Assembly (NCBI RefSeq): GCF_004010195.1
Contig: NC_057719.1
Span: 62,426,862-62,490,861 of the forward strand
Length of the DNA stretch: 64,000 bases
Reading direction: 5' to 3'
From: Chiloscyllium plagiosum
Taxonomy: Eukaryota
Both the position numbers and the translations under genes were made by a program. Below are positions 12,581 through 26,104 of this stretch, in pieces (position 1 is the first letter of the stretch; every line of letters begins with the position of its first letter). The notes beneath the pieces are model-generated. The model saw only the letters and a program-made list of their open reading frames with translations. It was not told the origin of the DNA and did not search any database.

Positions 12581-13054
12581 CTAACTTTCCTGCTCTTTTA
12601 CATTCAATACCTGTTAATCACGGAATATGTTCAATTTGTCTTAACAACCCAAGTCCCTCACTTCCTCTCTCTATCCTCTGGATCCTCTCAATTATTGTGT
12701 ATGCCTTTGACTTGTTGGGTCTTCCCAAATGCATCTTATGCTTCTCCGGGTTGGATTCCGTTTACCACTTTCTTGTCCACCTGACCGATGCAAATTGTTT
12801 ACATTTGTTGTTCACAGCAGTTGGCCAAGATTGTTCCTATTTAAACAGCTTTAGGGAAGGTAAACTGCACAATACGCAATGTAAATGAGGAATTTTTGCT
12901 TGCCTTTTGGATGTCCTGGGGATTGATGGTTGAAGGATTTAGCTTTCAGAATTATTGGTGAGCATTGTTTGCTGTGATTCCAATGGTTTGAACTCTCTTC
13001 ACTTCAGTGCATATTAGTCTTCTATATACTGCCTAAAACAACAATGTTAAAATG

Positions 13055-13575
13055 TCATAGTCACAGAGCACATTCAGACTCTTCAGCCCACATTATCCAA
13101 GCCAACCAGCTGTCCTAAACTGAGCAAGTCTGTTTGCCTGTGCTTGGCTCATATCCCTTTAGTTTTGCCTACCCATTTACCTGTCCAAATGTCTTTTAAA
13201 TGTTGTAACTGTGCATGCCTTTACTATTTCCTCTGGCAGCTCATTCTACATGTGGACCATTCTCTACGTGAAAAAGGTGCCCCTCGAGTGCCTTTATATC
13301 CCGCTGTAACCTGCCACATCCTTCCTCACTGTCAACAACTCCTCCGACTTTCGTATCATCCGCAAACTTGCTCACCCAACCTTCTAGCCCCTCCTCCAGG
13401 TCATTTATAAAAATGACAAACAGCAATGGTCCCAAAACAGATCCTTGCGGAACACCGCTAGTAACGGCACTCCAAGATGAACCTTTACCATCAACTACTA
13501 CCTTCTGTCTTCTTCCAGCCAGCCAATTCCTTATCCCAAACCTCCAACTCACGCTCAATGCCATACCTCCGTATT
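13055..13575 (-). mobile_element. two abutting CR1 pieces (3' end about 13055-13285; RT piece about 13290-13575)
   Basis: ORF 13241..13564 [21 protein letters not shown]...KFADDTK. Confidence 0.9.
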
Positions 13576-14214
13576 TTTTGAGTGTGTTCAGAAATTTGCT
13601 GTGTTTACATACTGAAAGTCATTATTTAATAAACCGACTGAGTTTTTGGCTTCTCTAATTCAGCCTCTCACTCGATGAATATGTCAGTGGAGATGGGGAG
13701 ACTGCTTTAATTAGAAATCAGTATTGGAGTCATTCATTGACTGAACTTTATCACTTTTGAATCTTAGAAAAAATTCTAACTCAGATATAGTGAGTTGTAA
13801 AAAAGAAATCCAAGCTTTTCAATTCGTGAGCTGAACTGCTTATTTTACAAAGACCTTCTTGGCTTTGCTTTTCATTTTGCTTGTTGGCAGAGTGACTGAT
13901 GTCTGTTTAGTTTACGTATTGTTGTAGTGCTGACTGATGGACACTTTCATTTTGAGACTTCAAGTGGTTTTGTCGGCTTCTGACAGATCAGGAGTTTATC
14001 CAGTCAACAGCTGAGCAATGCAGACAGGGCTTTCTGCTTTGATCCTGATTGATACTGAGTTGTCCGAGCCTGTAAAAAGCTACTGTAATGGCATCAGCAT
14101 CCTTGAGATTGGGACAGGGATCTCAAAATGGGTTCTTACTTTTAATGGCTATTCTTTGGTATCAACCATGGTTCAGTGTGGCCACTTGATCTGCTGTCAC
14201 TTTGAAATTTTTTA

Positions 14215-14526
14215 GTCCAGTACCGAAGATGTGCACAAAATCTAAAAGGACGCTTACGGGTTGCACTGTCAGAGATGCCATGTTTTAGCCTGTATGTTAA
14301 ACTGAGGCCTTAGTTGCGGAAGCAAAGAAAATCCCACTTCTTTATTTTCAAGGTAATTAGGGGTGTATTATGCATGTTGTACGAACCAATATTTATCCTC
14401 AACGAACGTCATTGAAAAACAGGTGAACTAGTTATTGTCCTGTTGCTGTTTGTAAAACCTTGCTTTCAGCAAGTTGTCACATTTTCAGTATTTACTTCAA
14501 AAAGATGTTAATTGGCTATAAGGCAT
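14215..14526 (+). mobile_element. Deu-domain SINE relic (SacSINE1/AmnSINE1-like)
   Basis: tgcactgtcagagatgcc...gttaaactgaggcc...ccaatatttatcctcaa...ttgctgtttgt...cttcaaaaag...attggct; resemblance judged from memory of the family consensus. Confidence 0.65.
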
Positions 14527-15585
14527 TGTGGAATTCAAATGTGCATTGGGAGCAACATTGAGCTTTTGGCCTTAGTCTGTGTGGTTAAATAATCTCTTGA
14601 TATTCTGGGTTGGAGGTTTGTGGGGATCAGAGTGGCTAAGGGTGTGACCTTGCTTGACGTGTTCCTTGCAAAGAATTGATCATTTCTGAAGATGGGTGTC
14701 TCAGAAAGCCATTGGAGTTCAGGTGGTAGGTACTGGAGGCATGATGTCACATTTTCTGAAAGTCTTCAGAGGATGATCCTGCATCAAAGAACAGGTGGGT
14801 GACATGAAAGTGCATGAATGTGTTAAATTCAATGAGAAATGCTTCATCTGTCTTCAACTGGAACAATGCTGCCCGATATTGTGAGAAGATGCTGTGGACT
14901 TCTGCATCCCGTGTGATGAGGAAGGCACCCCTTAGCTGGGAATATTGTACCAAAGTTTCAAAAGTGGAATTTTGGTATCTATCCCCCAGGAATGTTTCAG
15001 TGTAGTTTGAGTGGGGCACCTTCAACAGAGAATTGAGAATGTTGCCTGTAACCAAAGGATCACTCCTTCCATAACCTGACAACATTTGGAACCTTAAGCA
15101 AAATGATGGACTTAATCAAGAAGGTTCATAATAGATTCTGTCTATCTCCCCCCCCCCCCCCCCTCTCTCTCTCTCTCTCTCTTTTTCTCTCTCTCTCTCT
15201 CTCCTCTTTCTCCTTTTTCTCTCTTCCCCCACCCACCGAAAATGTGAAGACGTCTATGAATTTTGCTGCACAGATATGATCTCGGGTTAGAACTCTTCGC
15301 ATCTCCTTCGTTCTCTTTGCCTGTACCAGGCACCCTTACTGTTTTTGTCCCTGTTCTTGCTAAGTGTTATTATGATTTTCTTTGGTATTTTTCATAATAA
15401 AGCTATTCTTTCTTTTACTCACAAAACCCTTGGCAACTGGCTCCTTCATTTTTTTTTAGTGGACTACATTTTATTTGAAATGTGATAACTGCATATTAAA
15501 AATAAACAAAAATATATGTTGCAATTAACTGCGATGGGGTTAAATAGAGGGGACTCAATTTCCTCCTCCTCATGTGATGGTAACA
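14527..15585 (+). mobile_element. solo LTR (about 1059 bp)
   Basis: TG...CA ends (tgtgg...gtaaca), gcat on both flanks (14523-14526, 15586-15589), aataaa near 15396; interrupts the SINE tail. Confidence 0.65.
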
Positions 15586-16670
15586 GCATCCTAGATAAAA
15601 CCTTCAGAGGAACAAAACAAAATTGTGAGAAAATGACCCGGCGGGTCCTGTTCCAGAGATATGCTTCCTCAGGGATTTGCGTGGGCTCTGACTGTTCCTA
15701 ATCTGTGTAATTAATCGTGATTTGAGAAACCAAACGCAGTCTCGTAAAGTTTGCACATTCCAGTGGTTCAGTTTGACAAGGCAGACAAAAATGAAAGAAG
15801 AATTGAAATGAAGTTGGTGAAGGGGCAAGATAAATACTGGATCCAAGTTATATCCAGTACAATTGATAATGTTGAACCAGGTTGTTGAGGAGGTTAAAGG
15901 AAACAGTCAATGGTTTTTGGTTTGATAAATGGCATGATTAATTGTTTCAGAGCAGCCAACAATAAGTACAACCTTGGGCTGAGTCAAGAGTGTCAACTCT
16001 GTGCATTAAACCCATCATATGGAAACTGTACAATACTCCGATCATAGCAACAACTCTGGAATCATTCAAGAGGCAGTTGAATGTTTCTGCAACAGAATGT
16101 AAAACCTAGTAGGAGAGTTGATTACTCAAAGACGCAAACTAAAGATCATTATTTTAAGAAAAAATAAAGATGGGTGGGATGTACGATCTGAAATTGAGTG
16201 CTAGAAAAGGGTGGTGTATGTCAGTTGAGCAGTGATTTCCACAGTCAAATGGAATACTTACTGAAGGAAACAGTTACAGAGTGACAGCAATAGAGCAGGA
16301 ATTGCTTTTTGAGTGCTAGCATAGGAATAATGCAGTAAATTGTCTTCTTTGATCAGAGAGATACTTCACAGCCAAAAGCAGACTTTTTGAATTTGCTGAT
16401 TTCAAATATATAGCAGCAGTGGAAACTGGCGTTGCAATTCCTGTGGAACGGGATGGACGTCTGATCCACTTCAGTGCCTCCTACTGGAAATGCTCAATAT
16501 TGATGAAGGAGCAAATTGGGAAGGACTGAGATTAAGCCAAGAACTGAATGCCTCTCTGACCTTTGGATATCAAGAGTTAGAGGAAGAGGAAGGATGGGCA
16601 TAGGACATAAGATAATTGGAGGGACTGCTGATTTTGTATTCCTCTGTGTATCTGGTTGGAGTTCTAGTTT

Positions 16671-16871
16671 CAAAGTGTGGCGCTGGAAAAGCACAACAGG
16701 TGAGGAAGCATCCGAGGAGAAGGAGGATTGACTTTTCGGGCATAAGCCCTTCATCACTCATGTCAAAGATATCAATCTTCCTACTCCTCAGATGCTTCCT
16801 CACCTGCTGTGCTTTTTCAGTGCCACACTTTTTGACTCTGATCGCCAGCATCTACAGTCCTCACCATCTCC
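16671..16871 (+). mobile_element. Penelope-like terminus fold-back
   Basis: Perfect TSD tggagttctagttt (16657-16670, 16872-16885); inverted arms around ~16755. Confidence 0.88.
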
Positions 16872-17198
16872 TGGAGTTCTAGTTTGCATAGCATTTAAGA
16901 TTCGTTTCCATTGTTATACCAAAGTTGCTTTCAATCCTCAGTACTGTACTGACACTGCATCTCAAGCTTGTGTTTTTTTGGTTGCAAATCTGTGTTCACG
17001 CTTTAATTAGTGACAAGGATACTTAAACCAACAGCAAAAATCAACACCTGCGGTCTGTATTTAGATCTTCTTTCACAAGGATTGAACATCTTCCTTTGCT
17101 GAGACTCTCACTGTGATGGCACAATTCATGTCACAACATGCAAAAGTATTCGTTGCCAATCACATGGTGTGATTGTTCCATCTGTTCTGTCTATGTTT

Positions 17199-17203
<5 letters not shown>

Positions 17204-17275
<72 letters not shown>

Positions 17276-17303
17276 NNNNNNNNNNNNNNCTCCTCTCTCT
17301 CTC
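17204..17303. repeat. (CT)n microsatellite containing an assembly gap (N at 17276-17289)
   Basis: Directly visible. Confidence 0.98.
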
Positions 17304-19199
17304 CGAGCGAGAGTCAGCATTGCTTGTGGACTTTTCTGTATTTAAACCATGAATTATGACTAGCTGAATCTCGAAGGAAGGTTAATTAGCCCTCCATCCA
17401 CTGGGTTAACCCAGTTGTGACCACAAGCCACTTGCAGTTATGTAGTATCTGGAAAAGAAGAATGTGCAGGGATATGAGGAGAGATAGGAGGAATGTCGTA
17501 AGGTTATTTCAGAATAGTGGCTCTTCCCATGCTGTAACGGTTCTGAGAGTCTCTGACTTTTATATTGTGAAACATACGTTTATATTTGTTTGCTTAGTTC
17601 CAGGTTTTTAATGTTTTAATTTGTTTTTCTGGAACCTTTATTTGTCTCCTTTCCTTGTGCCCTCAATTGGTATTGTCTCTGCCTTTGCCCCATAATGTTT
17701 TTTTTAAACCTGGCATCCTATTCTGCTCATTTGCTCTCCCTTTGGAGTGCTCTTTTCCATTTCAGGTGATTTGTGTTGGGTGTTATTTCATGTGGCTTGT
17801 CAAGTTGGAAGCCACGAATACCTGTTATTTTTAATCCTCTAACATAAATTTAACCATCACTTTTGACAAAAGGTGGCACTGTATTTTCGCGGATTATGAT
17901 CAAACCTCGATAATGTTGGGTAATCAGACTCATTTCCATTTATCTCATTAGCTTGCGAATGTGGAAGTGAGTTACCGCTACAATGTGCTTACCCTTTTGA
18001 CCCACCTGTTTGTAAAATCACTGTCGCGTTCCAGGCAGCATGTTATTGCACGGCGTGCTAAATTGTACACTAACTAAGTGAATCGGTATCTCCTTGTTGA
18101 TTCAAAGCTGCTGCTTATCAGCAATTGCCGCATTTAAAAACAAAAATTATCACTGTAATATTTATCAGCATAGTGCACTCAAATTACTAGATATCTGACC
18201 GTACCACTGGGGATGTCACAACATTGAGAGAGTTGACCTCATTCCAAACAGGTCAATAACAATTTATTTTGTGTTTTTAATCTCATTGACAAATTATATG
18301 TAGATTCTCCCCTTCACTGTACCAATGTACACTGCCTCACGTTTATCTAAATTGCAATCCACCCTCCTTCACTTGGAATAGAAGGCTAACAGAGTGGTTA
18401 CAGCACCAAAGGAGTCTATTTGGACCATCGAGACCATTCCAGCTCCCTGCAGAAGAAGTGGAACTCAGCTGACTCTCCCACCCTGCTGGAAGGAAGCCTG
18501 CAGTTTTGTTGTTCTCGAGCACTGACTAAATTCTCTGTTGCAAGGCAGAGGTGAATCTGCCTTCACCACTACTTCAAGCCATGCATCCTGGACCCTCATC
18601 ACTGGATTTGATTTTTTTTTTGTTTTAGTTTAGTCTTTGATTCTTTTCAAATCATCTAAAATTATATTTTTTTGTTTTGTTCCTCACTCTCCGATTGATG
18701 GGAAACATTTCTCTTTAGTTACTCTGTCTTGATCCACATACTTTGGAATCCTCTCAACCTTGCCTTTTCTAAGTACACATTCACCCTCCTGTTCCTATTG
18801 TCGTGTTTTTGCAGCTCAAACTGAAATTGGGTTCCATGGTACAAAACAACCTCATTGAGAAAGTTGAGCGCCTTACTGATTTGGTGGGTGTTTCGGGTGT
18901 ACATTGAAGTGGTTCATTGAGCATGCAGTCTTTAATGAAGGAAACTTAGGTTTGTCAAGAGTGAGTGTTCCTCATGATTGTTGTCATATGACTGCAGTAA
19001 ATTATTGCATTTCAATCCATTTATTGATGGTGGGAGATCGAGCCCAATGTGAGAAGAACGAGCCCAGCACAATGGTGACATGGAGAGCAGACAGCTGAAG
19101 GTCTTCTGGACAGCAGGCCAAAGCAGAAGATGGATCTTTGTAGGGTGTGAGAGCCAAGCTTGGCGAAGCACTTTTAGACTGTTGAACTTTTTATTTATT

Positions 19200-19405
19200 T
19201 TTCTACTTAATACTAAGAAGGACTGTGATGTTTAACTTTTAATTTTATTTTGTTTGTTTTGCGACAATGTATCCAGAATTTGGTACCGAGGTACCTTTGT
19301 ACCAAAGATGGTACCTTGAATGGTGACATTAGACATTGGACGGTTTTCACTGTACTTTTACTTCAGTACTTGAGTACACATGACAATAAAATCTAATTCT
19401 AATTC
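19200..19405 (+). mobile_element. non-LTR element 3' end (Rex/Babar-like)
   Basis: ttttcactgtact...gtacacatgacaataaaatctaattctaattct. Confidence 0.45.
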
Positions 19406-19539
19406 TTCGTTTATGCAAAAAGTAGTTTAAAAAATTGCATTATCATGTGCATTTTGAGTTACCCAATATATATGTAATTGTTCTCATGCATTAGCAATTT
19501 GTTGTCTCATCAACCTCGACTTAAGTATTGCACATACAG

Positions 19540-21100
19540 TCCTTAAATCATGCTAGTCTCTTCATGGTATGTGCATCTTGTTGTGTTTGGCTGTTCATTG
19601 AATAATCTTATTCTCCAAGGTGAGTGATTCTCCTTACCGTTTGTTGTTTCCATAGAACCCGTTGTTTCTCCAATGCTATGCCTGTCTGGGTCTAATGGTT
19701 GATCTGTGGAAGAGGTGCATTCACTTCTTTCTGACCAGCTTCCTACAGTTGAGGAATACCTTCTCATGTTGGGCACATGTCCCTGAAGTTGCAATGGTAT
19801 ATCTGATCGTTCACTTCCACGATGTATGATCGAGGTGATAACTGCTTTGCACAGGTTCCAGGTTGCCACTTGGGCTGGCTTTTGTTGAGGATGTTGAAGG
19901 TTTGTACCCTGACAAGGTGTCCAGTGCTCAGCTCCGACAATGGTTTGTCTGTTTTGTCGATATGAAATTTGGCTTTCTGCCGTTCGACCTTGGTTTTGTT
20001 CCTTATGCTCGACTGTCTTTCTCGATCTAGGCACAACAACTTTCTATTGGTGTTGGTGCCCTGGAGGAAAATGCAACCAGTTTTCCTTGCTACATTAGGG
20101 TTACTCCTAGCCCTGCCTCACTGGGGTCATGCTGTAGGGTGACTTCTTCCCTAACATTGTAGTATTTCCAGACTGGCATTGCTGTCGATGCTTTATTCTA
20201 GTGAGCGCTGCTTCTATTCTCTCTTCTAGTACTACTGCATGTCTTTGACTGTGAGTTGATCTAATGGTTCGCACTGCACCGACAAATTAGACAAGAATTT
20301 TGCCCTCTTGTTGACAAGTTCAACAATTGTTTTATTGCTTTTACAATCACTGGTCACTATGTTGCTGCTATAGCTCTCAGGATCTGGGGAAAGGCATTTT
20401 ACTGTCAGTACATGATTTATGTACTTGAGTTCAGGCATCTTAAATTGTGTTTTGTTCCTGCTCAGCTTCAGGTTCACCTAGCACACTCTGAGAAGTTGCA
20501 GTAGGTTTTAATCATGATCAACAGTGGCTTCTTCCATTGTGTTTATGCATCCATAAACGAGCAGGCAATCACTGGAGCTTCCACTCCAAGTGGATCACTA
20601 ACCATCTCATGTCGTCTGCTTTGACATTCTTCCAGAGCAGTGGGAATACTAAACAGCACATGCTACCATCTGTATCTCCCAAAAGGTGTCCAGAATGTGG
20701 TTGGGACATGCTACTGTAATATATCTTCATTCAGTCAATGGTTTAATGTCCATTATATTGTCTATCCCTCGTGACCCTTGAGGAGGTGGTGATGAGCTGC
20801 CTACTCCAAGCACTGCAGTCTTGTACGTGACTTCTTGTGGAAAGAAGGGAGAAAATGTTACATGAGCATGATCAATGAACATGGGAGCAGTTATCCCCGA
20901 CTTCAACCAGGAAAAAGCAGAAAAGTTTGTCATTTTCACATGTGAAAATATACTGTGTCATTCTGTTCAGCCAAGATCATGTGACATTGTAATGAGCAAT
21001 GATCAAGTCCTGTGAAGCGGTAGATGACATATCTGAACTGCATATTGTCAACCTTCCATCAAACAGGATAACAACTTGGATGCAGCAAATATCAGAAAAA
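19540..21100 (-). mobile_element. degenerate Gypsy/Ty3 pol relic
   Basis: RT-end motif LKLSRNKTQFKMPELKYINHVLT...PDP (20232..20477); integrase C-terminal PLSELSTGHLVRV...WQPG...SPRSYIV (19764..20039). Confidence 0.8.
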
Positions 21101-21477
21101 TGGCACACTCAACCGTACAACAAATGATACTTAGCCATCCATGATTACAGACAGCATGTCATAGAGTGAATTTATACAGTTAAGTTGCAATAACTGCATA
21201 AGTACTTGATCTAGCTGTGCTGTACATCTTATCAAAGTATTCTCTACCTGTGCAGGGACACTGTCTAGATATATCCTTGTACGTGTTATTGGAAAAGAAT
21301 TCCTGTTCTTTAAAGGGAAAACTGAGAATTTGCTATATTGCACAGATTTCAGACGAGACAATGTATCTTTTAAGATAGTTTTATGGCATCAAACATGTCA
21401 TTCCAGTATAAAGGCACCCAGCTCACTTTCAGCGATTGTGTGATGGAATCCATGTAGATGTTCAATCATCATCAATA

Positions 21478-23107
21478 CTCACAGGTGAGATGCTGGAAGA
21501 CTGGAGGTTGGCTAACGTGGTGCCACTGTTTAAGAAGGGTAGTAAGGCCAAATCAGGGGACGACAGACCAATGAGCCTGACGTCGGTGGTGGGCAAGTTG
21601 TTGGAGGGAATCCTGAGGAACAGGATGTACATGTATTTGGAAAGGCAAGGACTGAGTAGGGATAGTCAACAAGGCTTTGTGCGTGGGAAATCCCATCTCA
21701 CAAACTTGATTGAGTTTTTTGAAGAAGTAACAAAGAGGATTGATGAAGGCAGAGCAGTAGATGTCATCTATATGGACTTCGGTAAGGCATTCGACAAGGT
21801 TCCCCATGGAAGACTGATTAGTAAGGTTAGATCTCAAAGAATACAGGGAGAACTAGCCCTTTGGATACAGAACTGGCTCAAAGGTAGAAGACAGAGGGTG
21901 GTGTAGTGGTGGAAGGTTGTTTTTCAGACTGGAGACCTGTGACCAGTGGAGTGCCACAAGGATCGGTGCTGGATCCTCTACTTTTTGTCATTTACATAAA
22001 TGATTTGGATGCGAGCATAAGAGGTACAGTTAGTAAGTTTGCAGATGTCACCAAAATTGGAGGTGTTGTTGATAATGAGGAGGATGGTCTCGGGCTACAA
22101 CTTGAAATTGGGCAGAACAATGGAAGATGGAATTTAGTTTTGATAAGTATGAGGTGATGCATTTTGGGAATTCTAATAAGGGAAGGATATCCAAAATGAT
22201 TGGTAGGTCCTTGGGGAATACTGAGGAATAAAGGGACCTTGGTGTACAAGTCCATAGATCCCTGAAGGTGTCAGCATGGGTAGACAGGGTGGTGAAGAAG
22301 GCATAGTGGATGCTTGCTGAAAATGTGTTGCTGGAAAAGCACATGCATTCCTGAAGAAGGGCTCATGCCCGAAACGTCGATTCTCCTTGCTGAACAAAGA
22401 GACCTTGGGGTGCCAGTTCATAGCTCCTTGAAAGTGGAGTCACAGGTAGATAGGATAGTGAAGAAGGCGTTTGGTGTGCTTTCCTTTATTGGTCAGAGTA
22501 TTGAATACAGGAGTTGGGAGGTCATGTTGTGGCTGTACAGGACATTGGTTAGGCCACTTTTGGAATATTGCTTGCAATTCTGGTCTCCTTCCGATTGGAA
22601 AGATGTGAGACCTGAAAGGGTTCAGAAAAGATTTACAAGGATGTTGCCAAGGTTGGAGGATTTGAGCTACGAGGAGTGGCTGAACAGGCTGGGGCTGTTT
22701 TCCCTGGAGCGTCGGGGGCTGAGAGGTGACCTTTATAGAGGTTTACAAAATTATGAGGGGCATGGATAGGGTAGATAGAAAAAGCCTTTTCCCTGGGGTC
22801 GGGGAGTCCAGACTTAGAGGGCATAGGTTTACAGTGAGAGGGGAAAGAAAATAAAGGGACCTGAGGGGCAACCTTTTCACACAGAGCATGTTACGTGTAT
22901 GGAATGAGCTGCCAGAGGATGTAGTGGAGGCTGGTACAATTGCAACATTTAAGAGGCATTTGGATGGGTATATGAATAGGAAGGGTTTGGAGGGATATGG
23001 ATACGGCAAATGGGACTAGATTGGGTTGAGATATCTGGTCGGCATGGACGGTTTGGACCGAATGGTCTGTTTCCATGCTGTACATCCCTATGTCTCTAAG
23101 GCTCTAG
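21478..23107 (+). mobile_element. 5'-truncated CR1 (RT to 3' tail), internally chimeric
   Basis: ORFs 21436..21906, 21906..22157 and 22314..22769 with [31 protein letters not shown]; same subfamily as 32980-36418. Confidence 0.95.
22351..22380 (+). ncRNA. minimal hammerhead ribozyme core in a short PLE fragment (22316-22388)
   Basis: CUGAAGA-A-GGGC-UCAU-GCCC-GAAA-C-GUC: both conserved boxes, a 4 bp stem II and a GUC triplet; stem I is weak. Confidence 0.65.
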
Positions 23108-26104
23108 AATTAATTAGATATGTATGATATAGAGTAACATCAATAAACATGAAACCTCAAATACATATTAAAACAAAATGCAGTGAATGCTAGAAAAATG
23201 CGATACTACAGAAATTGAACTGGTTAGTTTATTAAATATTAAGACCACCGTGTCAACAAGAACCTGATCCCTGTTTAATATATTATGTGAGCTAAATATT
23301 GGACAGCCCTCAGCGTGTGGTATACTGGTAATGGTATTGGCCTTACAAAATCATGCCACTGTGATACATTGAAATTCTTAATCCCAGCAACCATTCTCAC
23401 AAGACATTTGTGCATCCTGTTCAATGCCTGCCTTCAATAAAAGGCAGGACACACAATTCTACAAATTATTCCAGTTGAGGGCGAATTAATATATTTCTGA
23501 GCTTTCTTCATATTTTCCTCACTTTGGTGTTCTGTCCCCTTCTTTTTTTAATCAAGCCAAGCATCCAGTGTGCCATGTTAGCCACTTTCTCAACCTTGTT
23601 TGTGAATTTGTACACCTTTATGTTTGGTTTCTCTGTTTCTGCACCCTCATCAGAATTGAATCTTTGATATCTTACAACTTTTTTAAATTTTTCACAACTG
23701 TATTCCTTTATACTAGTTTGTTCGAAATTATATCTGCTATCTGTCCATCTGTTTCACTAATCCCTGTCCATCTCTTGAAATCTATCTCTCTCCTCCTCAT
23801 ACTTTACTGTACTTTGTGTCATCTACAGATTTTGAAATTATGTCCATACGCGCAAGTCTAAATGATTGACAAATTTCACAAGAAGAACTGGGCCTCGGAC
23901 CAAGCACCGGGGAATCCTGCTCTATGTCTTCCCCCAGTCTGGAGGGCAATTATTCACCACCACACTGTATATTTTGTCACTCAATAAATGACTCATGTTA
24001 CCATTCTGTTCATTAAAGTTAGATTTCACCTTTCCTGGAAAGCCCCTCACACGGCACTTCATGAAGCATCACTTCTGAGTCCACACAGTTTGCATTTGTC
24101 TCTTCACTGTCAACAACACTCCTTGCTTACCTCCATTACTTCATCACAAAGATTTAATCCTAATTTGCCTTTGACAAATCGATGCTAGTTTGTTTCAAGA
24201 ATCTTTTATTGTCCAAGTGATTTTTTTTTCAAGGACTTGTGTTTCTGAAAGATTTGGCACTGAGGTTATAGGTGCTGGATTTATCCTTACAACCTTGTCT
24301 GAAAAAAAGCATATAATATTTGCACGTCTCTGGTACTTGTGTACCAGCTCCATATCTAAGAATGGCTAGATTATTGTCAATGCCCTTTACTAATGTTCCT
24401 TAACGTCAGATGCATGCCACTCACTCTGGTAATTGATCAGCTTTAATTACACCCAGATTTTTGAAGAACGTTGTTAATAATAAGCAACAATTATCCGTGG
24501 AGAGAAAAACAGAGTTTACACACCATTTCTCTGAATTCTTCTATCCTTTGGATAAAAAAGTTACAGACCTGAAACATTAACTCTCCTTGTCTCTCCACAA
24601 ATGCTTCCTTATCTGGTGACTATTTCAAACTTTTTTTTGTTGTTATTTCATTTTCTTCACTACTTGCTAATTCCCTTAGACTTTGGCAGTATCTTTGTTC
24701 CTTGGTCAAAGCTGATTTTTAAAAAAAAATCATTTAGCACTTCAGCCTCCTTTTAGGTCCCGAATTGGATTCCCCAGCTACCTTTTTTGAACCTTTTTCC
24801 TGCTTATGCACTTTAACGCTAATGCTAATGTATTCCGTCTTGATTTCTTTCCTTCACCTTTTTTCACATCCTCTCTGAACTTTCTTCATCCAGTCAGGTT
24901 CTCACTTGTGCTATCAGTCTTGCGTTTGCCAGAAACACCTCTTGTTTTTCTGTTTCATTGATCCCTGATCTCTTTTACTACCTCGGGAGTGCTTTCTGGC
25001 TTTGCTTTGCCTTTCTCATTTTGTAAATAATAATTTAAATAATCTCTTTTTAAAGGCAGTCCATTGTCCAGCTGTATTTACCTTCCAGTCTTCCATTCCA
25101 ACTTAGCCATTCGTAACCTTTTGAAATTAGCCGTTCTCAGACTGAAGTATTTTTAGTGTTGGTTTCTGATTGATTTTTCTTTAGTTGTTCTAAATGTTGT
25201 GATACTGTGATCACAGTAATCTAAATTACCACCTGCTTGATCCATTCTGCCCTTAGAATGTGATCCAGCAATGTCTCCTTGTTGGTTCAGAAGTTTGCTG
25301 GCGAGGAAAACTCTCCTGAAGATAATTGAGAAATGCTTATCACGAATAAGACTAAGATAATAAACATCTCTGTCTCCACCTCTATCATCTCGAGATTGTT
25401 CTTCTCTAACCTCTGAGTAATCTCCCCCATAAATTCGCTCCTTATCTGACTTGCTTGGATGATGCCTGTCTTGAAGGCTATCAATCTACTCAATGCAGTT
25501 CCGAGGATCACATCAGACATTTTAGTCATATTGAATTTAGCATTTTCCCTGTTAGTTATTAATTGTGTGAACAACAAAGAGATTGAATCAGGAATGAAAG
25601 GTAACCATTCTTTCACAGAAATATTGCCTTTATTATTGTCAATCCTTTCAAGTCACTTTGTCATGAATACATCAGAATCGATCCAATTTAAAATATCTCA
25701 AAATTAAACTTTATTAAGTGCATTCTGAGTGTGCAAATGAATGCTTTGTAAAATAAAAGATAAAAATTCAATTACCTCGAACAAAAAATCAATAGAAGGC
25801 ACAGTCTATTCTTTCAAAATCCGTATAGGCTCACTCAAAAAGCTTTTGTGTTCCTTTCATGACCATCATAGCAATTCAATGGAACTTGCGTGGCAATTTC
25901 CTCCTGTTGCTAGTATCATGCTAACTTGTCTCCATTTGAATGTGTCTTTTTTGCTGCATATTTTGAAGTAAAGCTGGTTCTAGTCTGCTTTGTTGCTTAC
26001 TTTCTTGGGCAGATGCCAGGATGTATCGATTGTGAGCCAGGTGCCCCTAAGACATAAAATCCATTAAATTTCTTTGTAAGATAACTCTTAGTGACCTAAT
26101 TAAG

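Noticed and set aside
17126..17359. ER/SL-repeat ORFs (also 15142..15333)
   Set aside because: Translations of (CT)n microsatellites.
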